A stretch of DNA of 64,000 nucleotides from Nitrospirota bacterium. Lineage in GTDB: Bacteria; Nitrospirota; Nitrospiria; Nitrospirales; Nitrospiraceae. The translations under genes were made by a program, and so were the position numbers. The stretch spans positions 352,001-416,000 of the forward strand of contig CAVPBK010000006.1 in assembly GCA_963701855.1 (NCBI GenBank), read 5' to 3'. The notes beneath the pieces were generated by a model, which was not told where the DNA came from, ran no database searches, and saw only the letters and a list, made by a program, of their open reading frames with translations. Positions 33,696-44,781 of the stretch are shown here, piece after piece; position 1 is the first letter of the stretch; each line of letters opens with the position of its first letter.

Positions 33696-33906
33696 GTGCC
33701 ACCTCCTGTATTTCTTCAATTGTTCAAACGGCTACCGCAAAGGCTTCGTGTTGATCATTCGCGGCTTGTAAACACGCTCTAGTTTCAGATTGTGCATTGA
33801 ATTGTCCTTGTAATATGGTGCCCGATGGTACCCAGCGCAGTTTGCTATGCCGAAAAACAGGTCCTGCTGATTCAAGAGTGGAGTCAGTCATACCGCTGGC
33901 TTCACC

Positions 33907-34300
33907 TCAGTGACTGGCATCAGCTTTTCGAATCGACAGCGCATGATTCTCATAGTTTATCTTTGCCTCAATACGCTCACCCTTCTTGATTTCTCCGATC
34001 ATCTGGGTCGTTTTATCTGTGTGCAGACGGACTTCCTTCCCGTCTTTCACTTTGACGAAATAGTTTCCGTCTTCGACACGGAACAGTTCGCCCTTGATCG
34101 TCTTGGCACCTTCTGCATGACTACTTCCCTGCTCTTCGTTCATTTGTATGTCATCATCAGATTGGAAACCTTGCCGATCGGATTGGGCGTCGATTTTCAC
34201 CAGGTCTGATGGCGCAGGGGCATGTTCTGCCTGCGCTGCGTTGGACAGCCCGAGGCATAGCAACAATCCACAGGACGAGCACCAACGATTTTTGGAATGG
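33907..34300 (-). pseudogene. secreted small beta-rich protein, paralog of 36072-36491, start region damaged
   Basis: KTIKGE..RVE...DGKEVRLH.D..T..IEAK...HALSI; shares upstream CATCTAACCGAGGAGGC with the paralog but lacks its ATG. Confidence 0.6.
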
Positions 34301-34439
34301 CCTCCTCGGTTAGATGTAAGCGCATAGCTCTACCTATATGCTGCCGAGAGAGTTTTTAGACCTATGAAATTTCCTAGTTTTTGGCGACAAGTCCCTAGGC
34401 CGGGAACCAGACGAGAAGGCGAATAAATGACGTGCCCCC

Positions 34440-34757
34440 TCAGGGAGGCAAGGGCTTGCTAGGGGGTGCAGAGCTGCCTGGGTTCGTTTTCACCGTGGCA
34501 GGAGGAGCTGTTTCGGGATCGATCGCCATGTTGGGATCGACTTTCGGAGGAACGACTGCCGAACGAGGGTCAGGAACCGTCTGAGGGCGTCGTTCAATGC
34601 CCGGGTCTATACGTGAAGGTGGAAGCCTACTTGGTGATTGAGGATGTTCAGGGAGGACCTCATTAGGTACCGAGGGTGATGGAGTGACATCCGCTGACCA
34701 GGCTGGGGAAACCCAAGCGGCCATAATCAACAGTGGTGCTAGCAAGAAGAAGATCAT
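34440..34757 (-). CDS. secreted proline-rich protein
   Basis: Signal peptide AWSA; repeated (I/V)DP motifs; overlaps the CBS gene stop. Confidence 0.6.
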   Translation of the reverse strand: MIFFLLAPLLIMAAWVSPAWSADVTPSPSVPNEVLPEHPQSPSRLPPSRIDPGIERRPQTVPDPRSAVVPPKVDPNMAIDPETAPPATVKTNPGSSAPPSKPLPP

Positions 34758-35239
34758 ACAGGCCTCATCACTATTCCTAAGAAATGCCCGCTGAAATCCC
34801 GGACGGGAAGAGCGGTCAAACCATGAGCGCGCATCATCGCGTGGACATCGTGCAGCAGGTCATTCTCATTGCAATAGACCGGATCAGGGGTCATGACCTT
34901 GTGAATGGGTTTTGACGAGGGCGCATTCGCCAGGGCAATATCCCGGTCAGAGAGCGTGCCGAACAGCGTGCGACCGCGACAGACGATAACCGCGCCGACG
35001 CCCAACGACTTCATCAGCCGCACCGCTTCTCCGATCTCAGTCAAGGGGGTGACGGTGGTCACGGAACGGCTCATAGCATCTTTGACGCGGATGCATTCGT
35101 GTGGAAGGACTCCCAATTGTTCTGCTTCGGTGGATTCGAGATAGATACCCGAACGCTTCTGTCTTTGTGGACGATCGACGCTTGCACGTTTTGACTGCAT
35201 GACAGTCCCCGGCAATCGATTTTTGTCGACTTTACCCAT
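34754..35239 (-). CDS. CBS-domain protein
   Basis: VKDAMS, GTLSDRDI, VMTPDP and LPV motifs. Confidence 0.85.
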   Translation of the reverse strand: MGKVDKNRLPGTVMQSKRASVDRPQRQKRSGIYLESTEAEQLGVLPHECIRVKDAMSRSVTTVTPLTEIGEAVRLMKSLGVGAVIVCRGRTLFGTLSDRDIALANAPSSKPIHKVMTPDPVYCNENDLLHDVHAMMRAHGLTALPVRDFSGHFLGIVMRPV

Positions 35240-35728
35240 CGCTCAATCCCTATCTTCCCTATCTATTGCCCTATGGCCAAGACAGACGCCAATCCTCCAG
35301 GAACTTGTACGGTCATAGAGTACTGTGGTGAGACAGTTCACAACACTGGAAGAATCCCTAGGTTCGGTTGACGGATCTGGTGTTGTGCCCCAACTAGAAT
35401 GCAGACAGGGAAAGTCAGGCACCTGGGTGCTGCGCGTAATTCCTATTCCGCATTCGCGAGGGACATCGGCGCGTTGAAATGGTTTCTCTAGATTGTTCTG
35501 GGATCGTCAAGAACATCCCCCCCGCAGATGCACCCTCTAGCGCATCGGATATGGCGATGACTTTGAGATTAAAAGTTCCTGATCTTCTCTCACACATTTC
35601 AAGACCGTTCATTCCAGGCCTGACAATACCGGTGATGATTTAGGACCTGCTTCTTCAAACCTAGGGAATATCCTAGGTTCACGAAACGAAATCTCAATAT
35701 AGTAATTCGTATACAGGAGGTGACTGCC

Positions 35729-35821
35729 ATGAGAGATATACGTTCGCTCTTTGATGCAATTCTATATGTACTAGGTGGAGTCGTAGCGATCGGTATCTTG
35801 GGTACGACGTTGCTCCCATAG
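35729..35821 (+). CDS. 30-aa single-TM small protein; not in the ORF track
   Basis: AGGAGGT RBS; MRDIRSLFDAILYVLGGVVAIGILGTTLLP; palindromic operator upstream. Confidence 0.5.
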   Translation: MRDIRSLFDAILYVLGGVVAIGILGTTLLP

Positions 35822-36071
35822 TCACAATCCTCGCCCACCGAATATCCGATACGGTTTTCCGGATTTCTTTTGTCAACAATTCGAGGATCTTCTCATGATC
35901 GCTCTCGATATTTTGTGCCAATCCGAAGTGCACCGGTCTGTTTCCCTGGACTCGCCTCCTCCATCGATAACATCCCGATTTTCGCCACCTATCGTGACTC
36001 AGTCCCTAACTCTCCCAGCGTGACATTCAAAGCGCATACCTTCGATACCACCAGTACGAACCAACTTCGGC

Positions 36072-36491
36072 CTACTCTTTGTCATTTCTGCGATCGGTGA
36101 CCGCTTGTGCCGAGAAAATCGACAGCGCGTGATTTTGATCGTTCACCTTCGCCTCAATATACGTGCCCGGCTCGATGTTTCTTGCCTTCATGGTGGTGAG
36201 GTCGATATGTACTCGCATCTCGTTGCCGTCCTGTCCCTTGATGAGGCAGTCATTGCCTTCGACGCGCAATACTTCTCCCTTAATCGTCTTGCCCCCTTTT
36301 GACTGGCCGCCTTCCGTATCCTTCATTTGTTTTTCCCCAGCCTCTTGAACTCCTTGCCTCCGATCAGATTGGTCGGCTTTCAGTCTGTCTACAGTCGAAG
36401 CCGCATTATCTGCCTGCCCGGCAGTGGACAGTCCAAGGCACAGCAGGAACTCGCAGGACACGACCCCGACGACTTTCGGAAGAGAAATCAT
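36072..36491 (-). CDS. secreted small beta-rich (OB-fold-like) protein
   Basis: Signal peptide; KTIKGEVLRVEG...IEAKVNDQNHALSI; GAGGAGG RBS. Confidence 0.7.
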   Translation of the reverse strand: MISLPKVVGVVSCEFLLCLGLSTAGQADNAASTVDRLKADQSDRRQGVQEAGEKQMKDTEGGQSKGGKTIKGEVLRVEGNDCLIKGQDGNEMRVHIDLTTMKARNIEPGTYIEAKVNDQNHALSIFSAQAVTDRRNDKE

Positions 36492-36666
36492 GGTAGCCTC
36501 CTCGGTTAGATGAAAAAGTACGACGAGGGATATAAGGGCTTCCGCGTTCCCGCCATGGTTGAAGATGGTTGATCACGGATATTCGACCATCTGTCATCGA
36601 ATTCCAGGGTAGGATTAGGCATTCATTGGAATCGCCGAATATAAGGCTTCCGAGGACACCATGAGT

Positions 36667-38139
36667 TCATCCCGGCATGCCCTGCAACGGTCCGACTTCC
36701 ATATCAACGTCCCGTAAACAATTCTCAGCCCAGTGATAGATATCATGTGAGCTAAGATGAAGGCGCATCTGCCGCATCCGCTCTCTTCGTTCGTTCTCCG
36801 GCATCTCAAGTGCTCGCCTGATTGAATCGGCCATTTCCTCCTGGTCGTAGGGATTCACAATCAGTGCCCCGCTGAGTTCTTCTGCAGCTCCGGCCAGATG
36901 ACTCACCACAAGTACACCGGCCTCATCGATCTGAGAAGCCACATACTCCTTGGCCACGAGATTCATCCCGTCATACACCGAGCTGACAAGCGTTAGGTCA
37001 GCCATCCGGTAGTACGCCACGAGTGTGGATGGAGTCACGCGTCCTTCGATATACTCGATCGGTTTCCATCCCTTGTTTTTCCCTTCCTGCAGCATTTCGA
37101 ACCGTTCGTTGATTTCTGTCACGGTCTTTCTGATGAGATCCCGATATTGGCGATAGACTTCAACATTGTTTCGAGTCGGGATAGCCACCTGAAGGAAGGT
37201 GAACCTCCCGCGATACTCTGGGTATCGATCGAAAAAATCCTTCAACGCCCACAGACGCTTCATCAGACCCTTGGTGTAATCCAGACGATCGACACCGAGC
37301 CCAATTTTCACCCCGCGCGGAACACCCAGGCGTCGCCTTGTGCGAGTCATGAGGTCTTCGACCTCCACCGACTTTGCGAGATCGGAAAACAGATCAAAGT
37401 GTACGCTGATCGCACGCGCTGTTAGTTTTGTCTTCCGCTCGCGGCAGAGCACAATCGCCTTCACCGGATCAATGGAGACTGAAGCATCCAAAAACTCCAT
37501 CACACAATTTGCGAATGCCGTCGCAGAGGACATAGTTTGGAAGGTGAGACAATCGGCTGCTAGAAGGCCTTCGAGCAACTCTCGGCGTTCCGGGAGGATG
37601 CGGAGCACATCAGGTCCCGGCCAGGGAACGTGCCAGAAGTGGCAGATTGTGGTTTCGGGAGAAGCGTTCCTGATCAACGCCGGAAGAATCCCAAGGTGAT
37701 AGTCATGGATCCACACGGTAGCAGGATGCTTGTCTAACTCGTCCAACACCGTCTCGGCGAAGCGGCGATTCAGCGCCTGGTAGCCGGCCCAGAACGCCTT
37801 GCGGTAGGACACCCGATCCAGTGTGACATGACAGAGCGGCCACAGGACTTGGTTGGCGTAGCCGTGGCCACCGTTTTTGACCGCTGCCGCTTCCAACCAG
37901 ACTCTCCGCAATCGATAGGCCGGTGAATCAGGAGGCACAAAAAGTCCATCAACTTGGTCTGGCACTTCATGATCGGCATCCCCGCTACCCCAGGCCACCC
38001 ATATGCCGCCGATACGTTTTAACACTGGGTCCAAAGCCGAAACTAATCCTCCATCTGTATGCTGACAGACCACACCGCCGTCGACCGAGTTATGCTCGTA
38101 GGGTTCACGATTTGAAACAACAAGTAAATTGGACATCAC
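36667..38139 (-). CDS. otsA: trehalose-6-phosphate synthase (GT20)
   Basis: VSNR, GGLVSAL, LWPLCH, WIHDYHL, GVDRLDYTKG and DGMNLVAKEY motifs. Confidence 0.92.
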   Translation of the reverse strand: MMSNLLVVSNREPYEHNSVDGGVVCQHTDGGLVSALDPVLKRIGGIWVAWGSGDADHEVPDQVDGLFVPPDSPAYRLRRVWLEAAAVKNGGHGYANQVLWPLCHVTLDRVSYRKAFWAGYQALNRRFAETVLDELDKHPATVWIHDYHLGILPALIRNASPETTICHFWHVPWPGPDVLRILPERRELLEGLLAADCLTFQTMSSATAFANCVMEFLDASVSIDPVKAIVLCRERKTKLTARAISVHFDLFSDLAKSVEVEDLMTRTRRRLGVPRGVKIGLGVDRLDYTKGLMKRLWALKDFFDRYPEYRGRFTFLQVAIPTRNNVEVYRQYRDLIRKTVTEINERFEMLQEGKNKGWKPIEYIEGRVTPSTLVAYYRMADLTLVSSVYDGMNLVAKEYVASQIDEAGVLVVSHLAGAAEELSGALIVNPYDQEEMADSIRRALEMPENERRERMRQMRLHLSSHDIYHWAENCLRDVDMEVGPLQGMPG

Positions 38140-38212
38140 ATGCTCCTTCTCCGGATGAAGTTACTTTCATCCCTGTCGCGACCCTGCCCACCACCCTAAT
38201 ACTCCTGGTCGC

Positions 38213-38440
38213 TTACCCCACGAGACTCTTGCCCTGTTCGATCACATTGCAAATTGATGTCTTGGCGTTGCCCAACATATGACTCGTATCCTCCTCTAGA
38301 TCCTTAGCCAGACTTTCGAGTTGGCGTCGTGTCCGTGCGCCTGATTGGGGCGCCAGTAACAAGCCGGCGCCGACTCCCACAATGAGGCCGGTGAAAAAGG
38401 CAGTTGTACCTATACTTGTGCACCGTGTTCCCTCAGTCAT
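38213..38440 (-). CDS. YtxH-domain protein
   Basis: FFTGLIVGVGAGLLLAPQSGARTR. Confidence 0.85.
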   Translation of the reverse strand: MTEGTRCTSIGTTAFFTGLIVGVGAGLLLAPQSGARTRRQLESLAKDLEEDTSHMLGNAKTSICNVIEQGKSLVG

Positions 38441-38479
38441 GGCCGTATCCTCCCTTGTTCTTCTCTGAGGTTGTTCAAT

Positions 38480-38728
38480 TCAGGCATCGCGGCCCTGTTC
38501 GATTTCGCTCGCTTTCAATTCCCTGGGGTTGCGGCAACGGCTGCATCGACCCACAAGTATTCCATTCATGCCGTCTCCGCTGACGCGAAATACTAGGAAA
38601 TATCGAGGGCTCCCACAATGAGCACACATAGGACCTTCCAAATCCCGTAGGACAGGCAATCCTCCGATGAGCTTGTCTTTCTGCATATCGTGACATGCCA
38701 TTGACTGAGAGCGATCGATCTCTTTCAT
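38480..38728 (-). CDS. small zinc-ribbon protein
   Basis: CAHCG...CSRC; AGGGAGG RBS. Confidence 0.6.
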   Translation of the reverse strand: MKEIDRSQSMACHDMQKDKLIGGLPVLRDLEGPMCAHCGSPRYFLVFRVSGDGMNGILVGRCSRCRNPRELKASEIEQGRDA

Positions 38729-38809
38729 GGACCCTCCCCTTCTGTACACTAATGTCAAATGGGTTCGTCAGTACTACACACGCTCACTGACGTGATGTTC
38801 TGACAATTT

Positions 38810-38824
38810 GCAAGACTCAGACCG
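38810..38824 (-). promoter_or_regulatory. sigma54 -24/-12 promoter (candidate)
   Basis: CGGTCTGAGTCTTGC (GG-N10-GC) upstream of zinc ribbon-ytxH-otsA. Confidence 0.55.
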
Positions 38825-39087
38825 CTTTACCACAACGAAAGTTCCGCATTAGATAACTGTCAATATTTACAATGCATACAGACATGCGGCTTCATCATCG
38901 CGAGCCAGATAATCGCTTGGAAACTTGGTCAGACAAGCGGACTCGTTGGATACGGCTGCGTGACGGGCGAAACACAAGTCACAGTCACATAAGGCGATTG
39001 TGTGTGGAGGGAACATCTTGTCCTCCGAGGACAGGCTGTCTCGATCAAACAATCATCATGCATCAGGGAAAAAATCGACGCGTCCGA

Positions 39088-41253
39088 CTATTTCGTGACG
39101 ACAATCCCGACTTTGCCTTCTCGCCGCAGTATGTTGATGCCGACATCCTTCGTATGATGTTCAAGCAGGAGGTCAACTTCGGCCTCTCCAATCCTGAGAT
39201 TCTTAATTTCAATGTATTCCAGGAACGGCGGCAACACAGGTTGTGAGAACGACAGGCGGGAACGCGGAGCCTCAATTCGCAAACCGAGGCACGATTGGAG
39301 CAGCAGGAACACGGCAACAGATGACCAAGTCTGAGGACTACAGGCTACCGGGTACAGTGTTGGACCTTCACCGGGGCTGCGCTGGAACCCGCACAACAAT
39401 TCAGGTAACCGATGCCGATCGAGAAACAGGCTGGCGTCGAACAGTCCGCAAAGAATCTTCAAGGCGCCTTGTTTGAACCGATAGGCGGCCATACCGGCCG
39501 CGATAAGGGCATTATCGTGCGGCCAAACGGATCCATTGTGGTACGCCATTGGATTAAAGCGGGGCTCAGTGGCAGCGACGGTTCGGATCCCCCATCCGTT
39601 AAAAAACTCATCGCCGACTAGGGTCATGGCCGTTCTTATGCCGCGCTTTGGCTCGGCAATCCCAGTCCAGAGACAGTGGCCGGCATTCGATGTCCTGACA
39701 CGACAAGGCTGCTTGAACCCATCCAACGCTAACGCATAGGACGAGAGATCGTTGCACCAGAAGCTTCGCTCGAACTGAGTGCGTAACGTGTCCGCCTCCT
39801 TGAAGAGACACTTGGACTGTTCCGTATGACCCAGCATCAAAGCCAATCGAGCCGCGCGCCGCTTGGCGGCAAACACATATCCTTGCACTTCGCAGAGCGC
39901 GATGGGCCCTTCCGCCGAGCTGCCATCTGCATGAAACACGGCATCCTGCGAATCTTTCCATCCTTGATGGATGAGTCCGCTTTTCGACCGGCGGCTGTAC
40001 TCCACAAAGCCATCGCCATCGAAGTCCCCTGCGTGATCGATCCACTGCAGCGCAAGATCGATATTCGGCCAGATCTGCTTAATGAAGGCGATATCGCCTG
40101 TCCGTTCGTAATAGGCTCCGGCCAACATGATGAACAACGGGGTTGCGTCGATGCTGCCATAGTAGCGGCCGTACGGAATCTCCTTGAGTGCCGCCATCTC
40201 TCCCTTGCGAGTTTCATGCAAAATTTTACCAATCTCTGCATCCTGCTCCGGGAGCATCTCCCTCGCTTGGGTCGCAGCCAGATAGGACAATACACCACGG
40301 GCGATGCTTGGGTTGATCCACAGAAACTCGAATGCGGTGATGAGTCCGTCTCGTCCGAACGGGGTATTGAACCATGGGACACCGGCGTAGGGGTATGGGC
40401 CGTCGGGAGTGTCTGAGACCATCATGTGGAGGTCAGCCAGCGAGCGATTCAGCCAGACATTGAATTGCTCATTCGATGTCACGATCTGACAATCGCCAGC
40501 CCTGGCGGAATGGAACGCCCGGTCTACCTCGACGAGCGCATGCTCATACGAGACATAAGACCGATCACGCCTGCCGACTTCACAAGAGATCGTCAGATCC
40601 CACTGAACGACTTTTCCAGCCGGCAAGAGCGTGTCAAAACGGATCTCACTCGGATGGACTGTGGTCGGAGCCGGTACACAGAAGAGCGTGACCCACCGAT
40701 CCACACAATCCAACCCCTCATATCCGAGAGAAATTCCATCCTTGAACGTGATCGCCTCCAACCGTCGGCCCCGCCGGCTTCGTATCTTCCCACGGACTTC
40801 GAACAGGTCCGCAAAATCCGCATCCACCGAGAAGGAGAGGCGGACTGGAATGGAAACGAGGCTGTAGTTGTGCACTCGAAGGCGCTCGAAGCAGAGGCCT
40901 TGCCACAAGAATCGAGCGCGGGACAGGTGCAGTGCCCCACGCGGAACCTCCACCTGTCCCTCATGAGTGATATCGGGATTCGTGAGATCGACGTTGAACA
41001 CGACGTTGTTTTCCTTGAGCGTCGAACTGAGCAGTAACGGCCGCTGCCCGTTGAGGCTCAGCTCGAAACGGGACAAAAACCTGGTTCCTTCGTGGTAGAG
41101 GCCGTGCGAGCCAGTTCTATGAGAATGGATATCGCCGTATCGATCGAACAAGCCGAACGTGTCGCCCTGATTCAGCACCTCGATGTGGTCATCGGTCAGA
41201 GAGGAGGAAGCCACAATGTGACATTGATCATTCCGACAATCGACGCGTTCCAT
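39088..41253 (-). CDS. amylo-alpha-1,6-glucosidase / glycogen-debranching-like glycoside hydrolase
   Basis: AGVPWFNTPFGRD, GKILHE, YYGSIDATPLF, QGWKDS, YHNGSVWPHDN and LPEL motifs. Confidence 0.9.
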   Translation of the reverse strand: MERVDCRNDQCHIVASSSLTDDHIEVLNQGDTFGLFDRYGDIHSHRTGSHGLYHEGTRFLSRFELSLNGQRPLLLSSTLKENNVVFNVDLTNPDITHEGQVEVPRGALHLSRARFLWQGLCFERLRVHNYSLVSIPVRLSFSVDADFADLFEVRGKIRSRRGRRLEAITFKDGISLGYEGLDCVDRWVTLFCVPAPTTVHPSEIRFDTLLPAGKVVQWDLTISCEVGRRDRSYVSYEHALVEVDRAFHSARAGDCQIVTSNEQFNVWLNRSLADLHMMVSDTPDGPYPYAGVPWFNTPFGRDGLITAFEFLWINPSIARGVLSYLAATQAREMLPEQDAEIGKILHETRKGEMAALKEIPYGRYYGSIDATPLFIMLAGAYYERTGDIAFIKQIWPNIDLALQWIDHAGDFDGDGFVEYSRRSKSGLIHQGWKDSQDAVFHADGSSAEGPIALCEVQGYVFAAKRRAARLALMLGHTEQSKCLFKEADTLRTQFERSFWCNDLSSYALALDGFKQPCRVRTSNAGHCLWTGIAEPKRGIRTAMTLVGDEFFNGWGIRTVAATEPRFNPMAYHNGSVWPHDNALIAAGMAAYRFKQGALKILCGLFDASLFLDRHRLPELLCGFQRSPGEGPTLYPVACSPQTWSSVAVFLLLQSCLGLRIEAPRSRLSFSQPVLPPFLEYIEIKNLRIGEAEVDLLLEHHTKDVGINILRREGKVGIVVTK

Positions 41254-41262
41254 GAGTCCCTC

Positions 41263-42564
41263 TCATCGGGTTCTGATGGACCAGCTCAACCAACCGCCAA
41301 GGGAGGCAGTGAGAAGAAAGGTCACACCGATGCCTGCGACGCCGATCGATTCACCAAACCGTTCTGTGACCCAACCGAACAGACTGATCCCACTGATGGC
41401 GGCAGCCATGGCGCCAGTGCTATAGAGACTCATCACCCGTCCGACGAGGTTTCCGGGGGTCAGTTCCTGGACGATACCCCACGCGATCGGGGTGAACGCT
41501 CCCATACCCCCACCGATGACGACCATGAGCAGACCGACCAACAAGAGATTATTCGTCCAGACGAGCACCCCGATCGCCAATGCGCTCGCTACGCTTGCCC
41601 CAGCGATAATCCTGGTGCGATCCGACAAGTTCCACTCAGTAAACCGCAATAGCGCTATCGACATGAGCAGCAGCCCCACTCCCAGGGCGGACCAGAGGTA
41701 GCCCACCTCGACCGGTCCCAGACCTAACATCTTTTTCGCAAAGACAGGAAACAATGTCGTCAGGGCGCTGGCGCCGAATCCATAGCACCCTGCGGCTACG
41801 ACCAACAACACGATGACGCGTTGTTTGATGACAACGAAGGCCAGTCCCTCGCTGAGATCTTGCAGTGCTGAACCACCGGTCCGTTTTGGTTCTGCAGAAG
41901 GCTGTCGCGTTCCCAATCGTACGAGCCCGAGGCATATCGCCGCCACGAAATACGTGACCGCGTTCAGACAGAGCACTTCCTGGGAACCGAAAAACGCGAT
42001 ACCTATCCCGCTCATGGCCGGACCGAAAATGATGCCCAGGCTGGTCGTGCTCTGAATCAGCGCATTCGCGGCTGTGAACTGCGCCCGTGGGACAATCAGC
42101 GGCACCGACGCCGTCAGCGCAGGACTGAACATCGCCATGGCCACTGCGTCGAGCAGAACAAGGACGTACAAGAAATTGACCGTGAAGGTTTCGGCCTGGA
42201 TGGCGCAGGGAATGATTCCGATCAGCACAGCCCGCAAAACGTTTGATCCGATAAGGAAGAGTTTTTTCGGCAACCGGTCTACATAGACACCAATGAAGGG
42301 ACCGAGCACAATGGGAGGGATCGTATGAAGGAGGCCGATAATGGTGGTTTTCACTGGAGAGCCGGTAATCGAATACACGAACCAGAGGAGGGCAAGGTTC
42401 GAGATACCATCGCCAACTTGGGATATGAGTTGACTGAGCCAGATCAATCCAAAATCTCGCGCAAAAAGCAGGCGCCAGGGGCGCACCGCGCGAACCTGTG
42501 TGTGTGTCATTTCGTTGGGTTGCGCAGGCACTCGGTTGATCATCAGAGTCTGCCAAGATCTCAT
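41263..42564 (-). CDS. MFS transporter (DHA3/H+ antiporter-like)
   Basis: About 12 TM segments; GVYVDRLPKK motif A. Confidence 0.9.
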   Translation of the reverse strand: MRSWQTLMINRVPAQPNEMTHTQVRAVRPWRLLFARDFGLIWLSQLISQVGDGISNLALLWFVYSITGSPVKTTIIGLLHTIPPIVLGPFIGVYVDRLPKKLFLIGSNVLRAVLIGIIPCAIQAETFTVNFLYVLVLLDAVAMAMFSPALTASVPLIVPRAQFTAANALIQSTTSLGIIFGPAMSGIGIAFFGSQEVLCLNAVTYFVAAICLGLVRLGTRQPSAEPKRTGGSALQDLSEGLAFVVIKQRVIVLLVVAAGCYGFGASALTTLFPVFAKKMLGLGPVEVGYLWSALGVGLLLMSIALLRFTEWNLSDRTRIIAGASVASALAIGVLVWTNNLLLVGLLMVVIGGGMGAFTPIAWGIVQELTPGNLVGRVMSLYSTGAMAAAISGISLFGWVTERFGESIGVAGIGVTFLLTASLGGWLSWSIRTR

Positions 42565-43376
42565 CCCTCACTCTCGATCCTGACCTTATCCGTCCTCACA
42601 GCCTTTACTCCTGGGACCTGCCTGGCCGCTTCTGCCGCTTCCAACACAATCACTTGGAATCGGACGGCGCCGCTGAGTGACACGACTCCCTGTTCCGTCT
42701 TCACGTCGAAGTTGGCCGCGGTCACTGTCGCACTTTGGGCAAATCGTTCTTTGACATAGCGGGTAATGACGTCGTCTTGTTTGTGTGTGATGACGTCCTG
42801 CAGGTCTTTGATCACCTCCAGTTTGTTGGACACAGATTTCACGGTCGGTACCGTGCTCGCGATTTTTGCTGCGGCAGCCTTCTCCGTTTCGGTGGACACC
42901 CTCCCAGAAAGCGTGACCTCCTCAGACCCGGCGTCCACCTCGATCTCGTACGGAAACAGGCGGGGATCTTCCAGCAACGCGAGTTTGACCGTCAAAATCA
43001 GCGAGGATACTGCCTTCTTGCCCGTACCCTCTTTTTCTTTCTCTGCCCCCTCTTCTCTCACGTCTTTTTTTGCCTTTGACTCTTCCCCCTTGGATGTCTG
43101 TGTCTTCGGCTGAATCGGCTTCGATTCCTGAGCGGACAACTGGACTGGAGGTGGTTCTTTCTGTGGCTTGGTAGGAGGCATAGAGTCCCCTCCTTTGCCC
43201 TGATCGGCGAAAGATGGAGTTGATGTGCTTGCCCGCTGATCACTCTGGGCGAGCATCGGATTCTTGAGCTGATCCGCAAGCAGCGCACACAGGCAGAGCA
43301 CCAGGAGGGCTGCGCCCTGTCCGAAATCGCTGCGCTGCAACTGGGTCCGTTTCACATCTCTCACGTTCATGCCCAT
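42561..43376 (-). CDS. BON-domain protein (two BON domains, OsmY-like)
   Basis: EVTLSGRV...VKSVSNKL and GVVSLSGAV...VPGVKAV. Confidence 0.85.
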   Translation of the reverse strand: MGMNVRDVKRTQLQRSDFGQGAALLVLCLCALLADQLKNPMLAQSDQRASTSTPSFADQGKGGDSMPPTKPQKEPPPVQLSAQESKPIQPKTQTSKGEESKAKKDVREEGAEKEKEGTGKKAVSSLILTVKLALLEDPRLFPYEIEVDAGSEEVTLSGRVSTETEKAAAAKIASTVPTVKSVSNKLEVIKDLQDVITHKQDDVITRYVKERFAQSATVTAANFDVKTEQGVVSLSGAVRFQVIVLEAAEAARQVPGVKAVRTDKVRIESEG

Positions 43377-43414
43377 CGAGATGAGTCAATGCGAGAAAAC
43401 CCGATGGAACCATT

Positions 43415-44698
43415 TCACACCGGCATGAATTCGGGCGCTGTCCTGTCGGGGCGTCGTCGACTAAAGGCAGCCGCAACGGTCGCGGTCCCCAACAACAGCA
43501 TCCCGATGCCCACAAGGCTCGTTGCTGGTCCAATGGCATCCGCCACCCAACCGAACCCTGCCATCCCGGCCATGGCGGAGGCCATGGCACCGGTGCTGAA
43601 GGTGGTAAAGACACGGCCTAAGAGGGGTTCGGGCGTCAATTCCTGCAACATGGCCCACACGATTGGCGTGAAGACCGCGGTGCTGCCGCCGAATACGATG
43701 ATGAGGGCAGCGGCCATCACCGGCGCCTGTAGCATGCCAAGCGTGCACACCGCCACGGCGCCGACAGCCAGAGCAGCGGATATCAACCGCAAGCGATTTT
43801 GGAAATCTCCCTGATTGATCCATGACAGCCAGGCTGACGCACCCAGCATCCCTATCCCGAGCGATGACCATAGCCATCCGAGTTCGACGGCACTCGCATC
43901 GAGAATTTGCGTCGCAAACACGGGCAGTAAGAACACGAAGGCGCTTGCCCCTAAACTATAGAGTGTGGCGGTGAGCATAAGAAGGAGCACGGTCCGATGC
44001 TGGATGAAGACAAACCGAAATCCGACCAAAAGATCTTGGAGGATCGAGGCTCTGTCAGCCATCTGCGCGCGCGCGTTCAGAGTTTCACGCAGGCGGATCG
44101 GCATGAGGCACATCGCGGACACCAAGAACGTCGCCGCATCAAGGTAGAGAACATTGTGGGCTCCGATCATGGCAATACCCACTCCGCTGACGGCCGGTCC
44201 GATCAGGAGACCGATATTCGTCGTGCTTTGAATCAACGCATTGGCGCCAGTCAGTTGAGCGCGAGGCACGAGAAGCGGAACAGCCGACGCCAATGCCGGA
44301 CCAAATACCGTAGAGACAATAGACGTCGCGAAGACGAGCACGTAGAGCCATTCGAGCGTCAGGATCTCCACGGCGTAGAGCAATGGGATCAGCATGACCA
44401 ATCCCGTACGGATGAGGTCTACCCAGATCATCACCGGTTTTTTCTTCACTCGGTCGAGATACACGCCGATGAGAGGACCGAAGACCAACGGCGGAATGGT
44501 CTGGAGCAATCCGATCACCGTCATTTTGAAAGCTGACCCTGTCAATTCATACACGAACCACAGCAGGGCCACTTTGTTCATGCTGTCGCCGATTTGAGAA
44601 ATGGCCTGGCCGGAAAACAGAAAGGCGAAACTCCTCGTCCTCAGTAATTCCCATCCTGATCCTGCCCGATGGACCCTCGCGCTATCATTCTCAACCAC
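43415..44698 (-). CDS. MFS transporter (paralog of 41263-42564)
   Basis: About 12 TM segments; GVYLDRVKKK; shares ANALIQSTT; GTG start after GAGGAGG. Confidence 0.9.
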   Translation of the reverse strand: MVENDSARVHRAGSGWELLRTRSFAFLFSGQAISQIGDSMNKVALLWFVYELTGSAFKMTVIGLLQTIPPLVFGPLIGVYLDRVKKKPVMIWVDLIRTGLVMLIPLLYAVEILTLEWLYVLVFATSIVSTVFGPALASAVPLLVPRAQLTGANALIQSTTNIGLLIGPAVSGVGIAMIGAHNVLYLDAATFLVSAMCLMPIRLRETLNARAQMADRASILQDLLVGFRFVFIQHRTVLLLMLTATLYSLGASAFVFLLPVFATQILDASAVELGWLWSSLGIGMLGASAWLSWINQGDFQNRLRLISAALAVGAVAVCTLGMLQAPVMAAALIIVFGGSTAVFTPIVWAMLQELTPEPLLGRVFTTFSTGAMASAMAGMAGFGWVADAIGPATSLVGIGMLLLGTATVAAAFSRRRPDRTAPEFMPV

Positions 44699-44781
44699 GA
44701 CGAAACCTCCTCGACTCTTCAACCGCAGATGCCGACTTGACACATCGCCCCGAGTCCTCTGGTGAACGCCGCACATCCCGT